A stretch of 64,000 nucleotides of DNA from Epiperipatus broadwayi (taxonomy: Eukaryota > Animalia > Onychophora): positions 62,001 through 126,000 of the forward strand of contig JAQFVV010000009.1 of assembly GCA_028023455.1 (NCBI GenBank). Reading direction: 5' to 3'. Shown here piece after piece: positions 26,291 to 37,851 of the stretch. Both the position numbers and the translations under genes were made by a program. The notes under the pieces were generated by a model. The model did not search any database, was not told the origin of the DNA, and saw nothing but the letters and a program-made list of their open reading frames with translations. The first letter of the stretch is position 1, and each line of letters begins with the position of its first letter.

Positions 26291-29227
26291 TTTTCAAAAT
26301 CAAAAAATACTTTATTGCTGCATCCATGAAAAGAGTTTGTGGTGCAAGCTATAAATAAAAAGAAAATATGATCAAACTTTAGGGACACTAAACTTTTGGA
26401 TTTAGAAATCTACTAATTCGTATAATAAAAATACTTTGTGATTAATCATATTCATAGTGTAATAACTAGATAAAGGATACAGAATCACTGCTTTTATAAA
26501 ACATATATACGCCATGGTCACATACTCTTTTTAAATAAGCAAATATGTATGTGTTTGTGAAAGTGCATATATACAAATATGTTTACAAAATTATGAAAGA
26601 AGCATTTAATCCCTCTCTATTAGTTCAGTATTTAATTAAGATATAAAATATCATATAATAGTCAAATTCTGAATTATAATTATTACAAAGCTCACTAAAT
26701 CATCAATTGTACCAGGCTCCAACATCACCATAGTTATATTAAGCAAATATCATTTCCTTTACTTCAAAATGTGAAAGTAGAAACATGTACAATTATAGTA
26801 AATGCTCTTTATAAATAACAAGCACAAAAATAATTATATTCTGTACAAGTAGAAACTATAACTGTAAAAAATACATAACACTATAAAGAAGGGGGGGGGA
26901 GAATTACTAATACACAAAAATAATAATAATTGAATAACATTGATATCAGTTTTTACCAGCATATGGATAAAATATATTGGTATCAAATTATTATTTGGAT
27001 TTTTAAGAAATCTGGCAAAAGCACACTCTTACTTTAAAAAAAAATACATAATAAGTCATAGAATCTTAGCACAAGGTACTATTTTTTTTAATATTTCTTT
27101 CTAATATAATTTTTAGCATACATTTTTTATCAAAAAATATCTAATTTTTATTTTAATCAAAAACAAAGAACTTGATTAATCTGGTAAAGTGAAAGCTGAT
27201 CTACAATAACAATTGCAATATCAAAAGACGATTGATTTTTAATTTCTTTCATGCTGTTACTAAGAATGCACTTGATAAAATATTGTCAATGATAGAACAT
27301 TACATTTTAACTCTTCGTGTTTATGCCTGCACAATGCGGGCAATGATTTTCAAATTATAAGCATCTAAGTTGAGGTTAAGATTAAAGGAAATCTACGCTG
27401 GCTATGCATGCGCTTTTTACACCTTCGTTTTCATCTTTCTCTCTACTTTCCAGAAAGGTAAATTTTATTTTTCTATGATAAAAAATAAAAATTTTATAAT
27501 TTTTGTCATCAAGTAGATTGAATTTTTTTGTCTTTCTCTCATTTTTTTGATGGAGAAGAGTTTAGCATGAAAAATATATTGGTAAAAAGTTTTACTTTTC
27601 CGTTGGATTTTGAAGAAAACGTTATGGGGGCTTAATCATAAATATTTTTATTTTTCTATATTTTATAAATTATTATTTTATTATATGTTTTTTAATTATT
27701 ATTTTATTATATATTTTTTAATTATTGTTTTTTTTATATATATTTGCTAAAAAAAAAATAATAAAATGACTATTGAAACTAATATAAAAAAAAAAGATTA
27801 TGATTATTATTGGCATATTATTCTATAATGTGAGCTTGGGTGGATGTAGTATTTGAATTAATTGATATGAGACAAAAATAAATATATTTTCGAAATATAA
27901 TGACCTGATTTAGATTTTTCTATAATTTTTTGTCTGCATTTTAATAATAGTAAAAGATACGCAAATGCTAAAAGTACAATATATATATATATAAACTACA
28001 AACTTATGTACCTCAAGCTTAATTCTATAATGAATTTAGTATTTCATTCACTTTTTATTTTATTTTATTATTCTATTTTGTATATATAGTGACTAGTTTA
28101 GTAGTACTTTTTAATAAATTACAAACTGTATTGAATTTCTTTATTTTAATATTCAAATTATACTAATTATTGATCAATATTAACTACTTGTTATAATGGA
28201 TGTTACTAGGAATGACTTATACATTGCAAACCCCTGTATGTCTTTATTCTATCAAGTTTTCAAGTGATGGATTAGCTTAGATAAGTGTTATTATATACTA
28301 ATTTTGTAGAAATTTTATGATGAATCCAACTAACCTACTAACAAAAATATAATTTTAAGTTGTATGCATGATAATTTAGGATTTATGAAATAATATGAAA
28401 ATAATTATTAGAAATATTAACTTTTATTCTTTTTTTTATTACTTTGAATATCAGTGACTAATTTTTTCAGTTTAATTACATTCTTTGGTGTTTAATCTAA
28501 AACAATATTTATTATGTCATTTTTTATTAATAAAACTTATTAAAGTTATGATAAAATTTGTGGCTTAGCATATTTTTTTTTTTAAATATTCAATGTCTGC
28601 TTGAAAGTGAAACGGTTAAATTAGACACATTAAATAAATCCATTTGATCTCTTGAATCCATTCAGGAAAGACCTCATTTCAACAAATATTAAAATATTGC
28701 CATCCTTACTAGATCAATGCATTAGAAATTAGGATGGTCACATTCTAGGATGGTCACATTCTATCAAAAAATTAGCATCACAATAATAGCCAGCAATCTA
28801 AATCCTTTTTTTTTAAATTGGAATTCTCAATATTTCATAAGGCAAATATTTTTTTTAAAAAAAATGAAAAAAGAAATAAACTATGCATGATATTTTCATG
28901 TTGAAACATTAAATATTTTTATATTCCCAAATAATAATTCAGTTTTATAATTTTAATTATGCATTTCATATATATATAAATAAATAATCTGGTCACATAT
29001 TTTATTCTGAGTTCCTTCCACAAAGCTTTCTTAATTCTACTTTCTTTAAATATTCATAAATACTCATCTTAAACCACTAAACATCACATGATCACCATTT
29101 CTTATGCTTGCTCATAATTGTTATTAAATCAAGCAAAATTCTTCATACAGTAGTGCCACTCAGTGTAAGCTAGAGTAATCAATAGATATCAGAAGGCTTG
29201 TGCATAAAATCCCTATCTAGTGCCTAC

Positions 29228-29269
29228 TCCCCAGACTAGTTTCTAGTTTGTGGCTTTCATCAGTGAGGA
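29228..29269 (-). ncRNA. Minimal type I hammerhead ribozyme (HH1)
   Basis: UCCUCA CUGAUGA AAGC-CACAA-ACUA GAAACUAGUC UGGGGA; core intact, stem II weakened by a C-A mismatch. Confidence 0.85.
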
Positions 29270-29618
29270 GCCTTGGATCTGAAAGCACTTCACCTAGATC
29301 TTAGGATCTGATGCAACCCTTCAGCAGCCACCTTTTATCTCTACTTAACTACAAAACTATGAGAATAAAATTGAAAACACTAACATTTTCAATCCAAGCT
29401 CATTAGCTTATATAGTCATATAGGTCTTTTCACAGTTCAGTACCTAAACATTTTGGTGTCTTTGGTTCTTTAATAATCATAACGACCACTATTCTATGAG
29501 GCAGGATTAGTAATAAACCAATAAACATCACATGATCACCATTTCTTATACTTGCTCATAATTGTTATTAAAACAGGCAAAACTCTCCATGCAAGACTTG
29601 TGCTCTCAAATCCAAAGC

Positions 29619-29660
29619 TCCTCACTGACGAAAGCCACAAACTAGAAACTAGTCTGGGGA
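29619..29660 (+). ncRNA. Minimal type I hammerhead ribozyme (HH1)
   Basis: UCCUCA CUGACGA AAGC-CACAA-ACUA GAAACUAGUC UGGGGA. Confidence 0.85.
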
Positions 29661-30709
29661 TATTGGATGAGTAAGCACTAGAGAGGGATTTTATGCACAA
29701 ACCTTCTGGCATCCATTGATTACTCTGGCTTGCACTGAGTGGCACTACTGCATGGAGACTTTTGCCTGTTTTGATAACAGTTATGAGCAAGCATAAGAAA
29801 TGGTAATCATGTGGTGTTCAGTGGTTTAATACCAGTCCTACCTAATAAGATAGTGGTAGCTATGGTTATTAAAAAACTAAAGACACCAAAATGTATGGGT
29901 ACTGAACTGTGTTCAGATCTATAAGACTATATAAGCTAATGAACTTGGATTGAAAATGTTACTGTGTTTTCAATTTTTTTCTCATAGTTTTGTAGTTGAG
30001 ATAAAAGGTGGCTGCTGGAGGGTTGCATTAAATCCTAAGATCTAGGTGCAGTACTCTCAAAGCCACCAGCTAGAAACTAGTCTGGGGATATTGAATGAGT
30101 AGGCACTAGATAGGGATTTTATGCATAAGCCTTCTCGCATCCATTGATTACTCTGGCTGGCACTGAGCGGCAATAGTGTATGGAGAGTTTTGATTGTTTA
30201 AATACTCTCATCTTCCCTAAATTATCATCTCCAATCTTTTTTCTCTTTTTCTCACATCCTTTAATGATTTCAACATGTTTTTTAGCACATGCTCATTCTA
30301 TTTTTTTAATTTTTTCAGTATATAAAAAAAATAGATCTAATTAAAAAATGATTACTTGTAATCAAAAAAATTAAAATATACAAATATGGTTGTAAAAAGT
30401 AATGGAAATTTCTTAAGATTTAGACAAAATGCTTTTGTTTAGAATGTACTTTATATAACAAAAGTGATTACTAAGATAAACAAAAATATAAATTAAAAGA
30501 CACTGTGTGTGAGTATGAAGGGAAATAAAAAAAATTAAAAATTCTAAGTTATTAAAACAGATTTAAAAAAAAGGAATATTTATTAAAATTCATTAAGAAA
30601 AAAGTAAAAACAAATAATATCTTTTTCAAAATCATTTACTTTCTTAGTATATACTTAAATATAAATTATAATAATATATGGGAATTATGTAGTAATTATA
30701 AAAATAATG

Positions 30710-31098
30710 TTTAAGTTATATATGCTGACAAGCATTCATAAGAAAAGCTACAAATTAAATGAAAATTAATATAAATATAAAATGGAAGTTGGAGACAGAA
30801 TTTCTTCCGGTTTATGGTATTGTGGATGTTAGCTACATGCCAGCCTTCTTTGACCATCTGCTTAGTCATTTCATTCGATGCATGCTATGGTGGCAGATGT
30901 GTGCTCAAATGTATGCTCAGGATTATTTGTGGTTCGTCTGTAAAGATATCTGTGTTGTGAAATTTGAGTAGAGAAGGATGCGCATATTCATCATAATATG
31001 TAGCTTTGCACCCTGTTTGGGGGGCATGTAATTTTGTATATGGCATGCGATGTTTGATCAGTATTGAGTATATCCTTGGAATTATTTATTAATCTGTT
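30710..31098 (-). mobile_element. Penelope-like family C, GIY-YIG and 3' end
   Basis: Reverse complement of ~33375-33900; continues on the far side of the family B insertion at 32543. Confidence 0.75.
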
Positions 31099-32542
31099 AT
31101 AACTCAATTAAATTACTTCTTTCCTTAATTTGAATATAAAAGTCAATAGTGAAGATACACTATTCTGGAAAGATTATAAATTTATTAAAAAAAATTTTAC
31201 AGCTTAGCACTGTTTTTGATCAGCTCGGTCGTAAACATAGAACTAATATAAGTTTATATAAATAGAATTTATAAGTTAAATAATTTATATATACCATTTA
31301 CATGATAATGCAATGCACGAGTATTTCTTGTTTATTCCAATTAAGTTATTTGCAATAAACCATGCCTCTTTATATTTTCTTTTTAGATCATTGCACTCAG
31401 TCCAAATGACTTTAATATTAATTAAATGGATCAAAATTGTGGCTAGACTCGATTTCAAGTTCTAAAAATATAGATTTAATTTTGGGATCTGTTTTAGTGC
31501 ATTTATATTATATATTTGTGTTGTGCTAATTTTGTAGCACAATTGGCACGAGACTCACCATTGTAAACTGTATTACATGTTGGTTCATTACATTTAATTT
31601 ATAAACGATTTGGAGATAATTTATTTTTAGTATTGTTCAACATTTGATTAAGATTAGGAGTTATTCTAAAACTAATATTGAATTCTTTTGAGCAAATTGT
31701 TTTCATCTTTTTAGATATATGCGGTACAAAAGGATGGCTGATCTATGCATTAATATTGTTATTAATATTCTTGGTATTTAAAGATGAATAGAATTTTTTA
31801 AAAGTTTTATTTAATAGATTAATATTACACACTGAATTGACTAAGTCTTTTATATGGTTTTCAATATTAATCTATTAAATAAAACTCTTAAAAAAATTCT
31901 ATTCGTCTTTAAATATCAGGAACCTTAATAACAATATTAATGCATGGATCAGCCTTCCTTTTGTACCGCATATATCTAAAAAAATAAAACAATCTGCTCA
32001 AACAAATTCAATGAACTACTCCTAATCTTAATCAAATGTTGAACAATACTAAAAATAAATTATCTCCAAACCAAGGTCTCCAAATAGTTTATAAAATTAA
32101 ATGTAATAAACCAACATGTAATGCAATTTATTGTGGTTGTGTCAATTGTGCTACAACATTAGCACAGCACAAATATATATATACAAATGTGCTAAAACAG
32201 ACTCTAATATTAAATCTATATTTTTAGAATGTGGAATTTTGATCCATTTAATATTAAAGTTGTTTGCAATGAGCGTAATGATTGAAAAAGAAAAATATAA
32301 AGAGATATGGTTTATTGCAAATAACATCAATGCAATAAACAAAGAAAGACTCATGCATTGCATTATTACGTAAATGGTGTATATAAATTTATTTAAATTA
32401 TAAATTCTATATACATAAACTTATATTAGTTCTATGAATATGACAGACATGGTCGAAAGCAGTGATAAGCTGTAAAAAAATTTTTAATAAATTTATAATC
32501 TTTCCAGAATAGTGTACTTTCACTATTAATTTTTTATATTGT
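31099..32542. mobile_element. Penelope-like family B, 1.4-kb head-to-head palindrome nested in family C
   Basis: Arms 31099-31826 and 31863-32542, spacer 36 nt; plus arm reads PFVPHISKKIK...LNNTKNKL...IVYKIKCNKPTCNAIY...TLAQH (PLE linker + GIY-YIG). Confidence 0.88.
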
Positions 32543-33290
32543 TGAGAGAGGGGTATGGTAGCTTGCTTGATGCATTTGCAAGCAAGCTTTGTTAAAGTTT
32601 TTGGCTATCCAAGGAATATATAACAGTAGTAGCTAGAGTATGTCATCTTTGAAATGGTTTGATTTCATCCTGTTATAAAATTTGTTTAACTCTTCATGTG
32701 AGATCCTTATATTTGAAACCTATGCTAGTTAGTTCTTTAAGATATTACTCAATTTTAGCTTTTCGAGCAGCTTCAAACTTGAATAAGTAGTAGTTTCTAT
32801 ACAGAACTGAAGACAGAACAGCATATTTGTGAGAGCAAAGTGAAATGGATTTGGCATATATAAAACCTCAGATTTCTAGAGGTTTGAGGCACATCTTATA
32901 ATTTACATGGAGATCATCTCTATGTATTTGGATATTTAGATATTTCAACTCCCTGTGGTAGTCTTTCCATTCTATAGTTCACAACAAGGTATTATTTTGT
33001 GTTTGGATGTCATAAATTAAAGATTCAGGGAAACATATAAATCTACATAATGTGTGAAGATAAGTTTGTGAGTATGTGTAAAATATTCAAGGAGCTGGTT
33101 TTCAATTTGATTAAGATATATACTAGACACAATCCCACTTATGGGTAAACTCATTGGCCAGCCATCTGTCATATAATATTGTCCCTCAAACATGGCAATA
33201 AAGTTAATTCACGTAGGTGAGTAATTGGTGTTCGTGAATTCAGATTTAATGATGTTAATACAATGTTTTCTGTTAATAGATTTTAAATAC
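32543..33290 (-). mobile_element. Penelope-like family C, 5'-truncated RT
   Basis: Minus strand 33190-33041 reads FEGQYYMTDGWPMSLPISGIVSSIYLNQIENQLL...THYVD (PLE RT motifs). Confidence 0.82.
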
Positions 33291-33900
33291 TACTGCCACA
33301 TAGCCCTTGCATAGCCAAAAACATTAACAAAGCTCACTCATATATGCATCAAGTAAGCTACCATACCCTTCCTCAATTAACAGATTAATAAATAATTCCA
33401 AGGATAGCAATATAGATCAAACATCACACACCATATACAAAATTACATGTCCCCAAGAAGAGTGCAGTGCTAAATATTATGATGAATCATGTGCATCCCT
33501 CTCTATTCAGATTTCACAACACTGATATCTTTCAGACAAGCCATAGACAATCCAGAGTATAAGTCTACTTTCTTCAAGCACCAAAACACCACAAGCCATA
33601 TATTTGAGCCCACATCTGCCACCACCAATAGCATGCATCGAACAAAACAACCCTGGCATACAACTAATAACCATAATGCCATAAACCGGCCTCCCCCTTT
33701 CTAAGAAATGGACTATATGATTTGCATACAGTTTGAATATTCTATTCAATATATATATACACCTATACAATTGAGAACATTCTAATGCTATAACTATGAG
33801 TACATTTTATGCCCTCAAAAGCATTTAGCTTCCATTTTATATTTATATTAATTTTCATTCAATTTATAGCTTTTCTTATGAATGTGTGTTAGCATATATA
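33291..33900 (+). mobile_element. Penelope-like family C, inverted 3' copy with GIY-YIG
   Basis: LINNSKD...TIYKITCPQEECSAKYYDES...ISQH; inverted relative to 30710-31098 and 32543-32640. Confidence 0.82.
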
Positions 33901-34681
33901 GCTTTAATTTATATTCATCTAAGGAAAGTTGCTTAATTTTTATAATTACATATAAAAATAGTAATATTATTTTATATTAAAACAAAATAACACATGACTC
34001 CTGCTAACAAATGTCATAGGATCCCTTAGATTTAAACATTTAAAAATATTTTGCTAATGAAAATTTCATGTTAATAATTCATAGACATTTATTGTTTTAT
34101 GTTCATTAATATTATTTGACCAAGAACATATTCATAAATCTGATTTTAAAAAAAGCTCTGGCAGAAAAATTAATTAAACTGTCTATTATAATGATTTTAC
34201 TAAGATTGAAAATGTAAAGGGATATCATTATAGGACCAACATCATAGTTCGTAAACAAAAAAAATCCAGTTATCAAAAAAACAAAAACCTTATGATCTGT
34301 AAATTATCTTTTCAACAATTAGTCCCTGAAAAAATCCATACTTCATTTTCAATCTCCATTTGCAAAGCCCTGATGTAATGCACATTAGTCAGATTTATTG
34401 AAGATATCGATTAATGTCATTCATGATAAAAGTAAATTAAAATTTACTATTATTTCTATGATAATAAATTAATTATTCATTACATTATTGTACTCCTGCA
34501 TGTAAAACCACTATTTATGTACAATTATATCATAAATTTTATAATGTCAAAAATATATATATACTAATAAAAAATACATTATTAATACTAAAACATTTCA
34601 AGTTAATATCACAAGTACAGAAAGCAAAAATAAGTCATAAATATTAAATCATCAAATAAAAACATTTATAATGTAACTTAC

Positions 34682-34783
34682 AATTCTGCATTCTGTTAAC
34701 TTTTGCTGTGCACCATCAAAATCAAAATTGACATATAAACATTCCAGAAATTCTGTTATAGGATCACGATATGTATATGTCTC
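34682..34783 (-). CDS. EIF3E: eIF3 subunit E internal coding exon (equivalent to human exon 9)
   Basis: tttttaag|GAG...ATT|gtaagt; 102 nt encoding [34 protein letters not shown]; phase 0 joins the previous exon in frame. Confidence 0.97.
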
Positions 34784-35513
34784 CTTAAAAAAAAATTATT
34801 ATATTAAAATTCACTGATAATTCCATACTGACAAATTATAAATTATATTAATACATATATGTGATCATATATTTATCTGATTTATAATTCAAATAATAAT
34901 TTATCATTTCAAAAAAAATACTGAGAATATATCTAATAGAATATGCAGACATACATTTTAAGTTATTATCTAAAATACAAAATGTGTACATACAAGTGTG
35001 CATGTAAGTTGTGTATGTGTGTGTGTAATGCAATATTTTCTTAACACTAAATGCAATTTCCAATTTAATGACTAATTAATCAAGTACTGTCAATTCACTT
35101 TTAGAAGCCCTATATTTATTAGATTCTAATTATCAATGCAAAATGATCAATGAATTAGCAGACTCTGATGCAGATAAATGTAGCAAGTTTCTAAATAGGA
35201 ATAAAACTAGCGTATTCCAGTTGAAAACACCATCAATTTTAAATACAATTGATAAATAAGACAGCAAAAAAGAAAGTAAACACACACATATATATATTTG
35301 CACATATGTGCAATCAATTGATTAGATGCAATTACCAATTAAAAGAACTGGTTAAATTATTCACTTGATCACTGCAAAATGTAAAATATAGTGAGTTTAT
35401 TATCATATAAATCCATTTGATAATAATTATTTTAAGACTAAATATAAATTTTTTATACCCACATTTCCATACTATATTTAAAAAGTACAGAAAAAAATGA
35501 TTTTTATAAGTAA

Positions 35514-35586
35514 GTGTTGGTGGCCGAGTAGTTAGCACAGCTGCCTTACAAGCAGTTGTCCCGGGGTTTGCTTCCCAGCCGGCACT
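35514..35586 (+). pseudogene. tRNA-Val(TAC)-like pseudogene or SINE head
   Basis: Acceptor stem GTGTTGG/CCGGCAC, A-box TGGCCGAGTAG, anticodon arm GCTGC-CTTACAA-GCAGT, degenerate T-loop GTTTGCTT. Confidence 0.7.
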
Positions 35587-36599
35587 TTGACACATAAAAA
35601 AAAACATAGAAGCAAAAAAATCTGGTATTAGAATAGAGAATAAAAAATTCAATAATTTGTGACATGTACATGTCACTTACATTAGAAGTATTGAAAAAAA
35701 CAAAAAAAAAAAACAGATCTATATATATTCATTCTAAAGATAAAATGGCTGAACTATTTCTAAATATCAAAAAATGATTGTCAGTTTGAAAGTTGAAATG
35801 ATGACAATAAAACTAGTAAGCTTGAACGGTTGCTCGTATTATCCCTCAGATTTATAATTGACAACTATAAATAACAAAAAAAAAATCTAGATAAACAGTG
35901 TGAAAAACAAAGCAGTTATTGACCATTTAACTTCAATATTAAAAGATATAGATGTCTCAATTAAGGATAAATATTAAATTAAGTTTATGTCAGCTGATAT
36001 GCACATACTTTACAAGGCCAAGTCTGAAGGAACATTCCATTCAGATGAATGAGGTCTTATGATCTATAAATATTGGAACCATTCCTTTATAATCAAAATA
36101 AATTAAATATTACTTCTCAGATTTGACATTACAATAGGTAACAGCAATGCAGCCTTGATATAAAATTTAAGAAAGACTGAGTAGACTCATCATGATATCT
36201 TGAAAGAAATATTATGAAAACCCCATCCATCCTCTCTTGCTTCATTAGATTTATCAAATTCATAATTTCTACCAAAGAATTCATACTTCAAAGATATCAA
36301 AAATGTCAATCCATAAAGAACAAAAGCAGCAATGCTTTAAAGAAACACATAAAATAAAAAAAAGTTTTATAAAATTTAAATAATCTGTTACCATCAACAA
36401 AAGAACCTTTAAAAAAATTTTCAGTGTCTCTGTCAATGAAATAGTCAATCTTGTAAATTTTTAACTAAATACAAGACTAACAAAACCATAAAAACTATTA
36501 TTAGAATACTATTACAGGTTTCTCATTCCCAGTGAGATACTAATTCAAATCTAATAAAACAAAAAATATATTGAAAAGTTTGAATTTAACTTTGACTAT

Positions 36600-37060
36600 T
36601 TTAAACCAGGAAAAGCCTAAACATAATTTCATAATTTATACAAAATTTAGAACCCAAAGACAAACATGATTGGAAAAACTATCAACACTATCCACACAGA
36701 AACAATTTCAAAAATCTGGTGTGAAAACAAAATTATAAGTCTTAAAACATAATAGTTTTATTATTGATCCAAAAATTGACACTTATTATCATTAATGTGT
36801 AAAGTCCTTTGAAAAAATAATCTTCAATTATATTCCTAGTTGATAACCAGCTACCTTTATAACTAGCTGGATTTACATCTGAATAAATAAGTTCTATCTT
36901 TAACAATCCACATTCAAAAAAAGGTTTCAAAATCAATCAAAAATTTTGTTGATATAAATTCTCTTAATACTCTATTAATAAAATGGTTTCCTAAAAGTAG
37001 AAAATTATTAAATGCAGGAAAATCATTCATTTTCTTGATATGATGCTCTCCAGCTATACA
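36600..37060 (+). mobile_element. Highly decayed CR1/Jockey-like RT remnant
   Basis: KSGVKTNYKS*NII (NYRPIS-like) and a following QHGF-like region; many stops. Confidence 0.3.
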
Positions 37061-37851
37061 AATGAGTAGCAAGGACAAAAAAAAAAAAAAAAAACAACTA
37101 TTCACTAGTAAATTTTCTATTTTATCAAATTAATGTATGTAGTAAAAAAAAAAATGAAACAGAATTAAAAATAATTTTTTAAAAAAAAAAAAAATTTCTG
37201 GACACTGTAAAATGATATAGAAAACAATTAGTGGTCTGTCAGAAAAAAATGTAAATTGTAAAATGGCAATGAAAGCTATAAAAAAAAATAAAAATCTCAA
37301 AGATATTAAAATGAAATTCTAATTGTTACAGGAAAAAAAAAAGCAATATTACTAATAAAATTGTTATAAATTTGTATAAGAATTCTAAAAACAACTATGT
37401 AATAATAAAAAATAAAAAAAACAATAGTCATTAAATAACATCAATCAGAATGCCTTACAATATAAAAATAAAATGGTGATATGAACAATTAAATTTACAA
37501 AAAATCCCTACTATAAATATTTAAAAAAAAATAAAAAGAGCAAGTAAAAAAAAGTGTTGACAAAGCTATAAATCAAAATGATGATTTTCAAAGCCAGCAT
37601 ATATAAGATATAATACTTAATTGTCCAAATGAATTTTCAAAATTAATGATAGTTAATTGTATTAAGAAAAATGACTGAAGATGTAAGATTAAAGAATCTA
37701 AATTTATAAAATATTTTAAGAATATCACTAATATTAAATCTTATAGTTTGCTACTCACCGTCCATTGGTTTACTATCTAGTATATGACTTCTATTATTGG
37801 CATTAATAAACAAACGCAGCATAGAAAGTTGGTTTATAACTCTTGCATATA

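Larger units (their letters stand above)
29073..30195. mobile_element. Hammerhead-bearing repeat family HH1, tandem plus inverted array
   Basis: Minus units with period 444 (29082/29526), then plus tandem units (GUC sites ~428 apart; the second lacks the CUGANGA segment). Confidence 0.88.

Noticed and set aside
35332-35676. 114-aa ORF as a gene
   Set aside because: Low-complexity AT-rich frame that includes the antisense of the tRNA-like element.
37759-37850. Minus-strand GTGAGT donor suggesting an extra eIF3e exon
   Set aside because: The peptide does not match eIF3e, the real exons already join in frame, and the acceptor is unconvincing.
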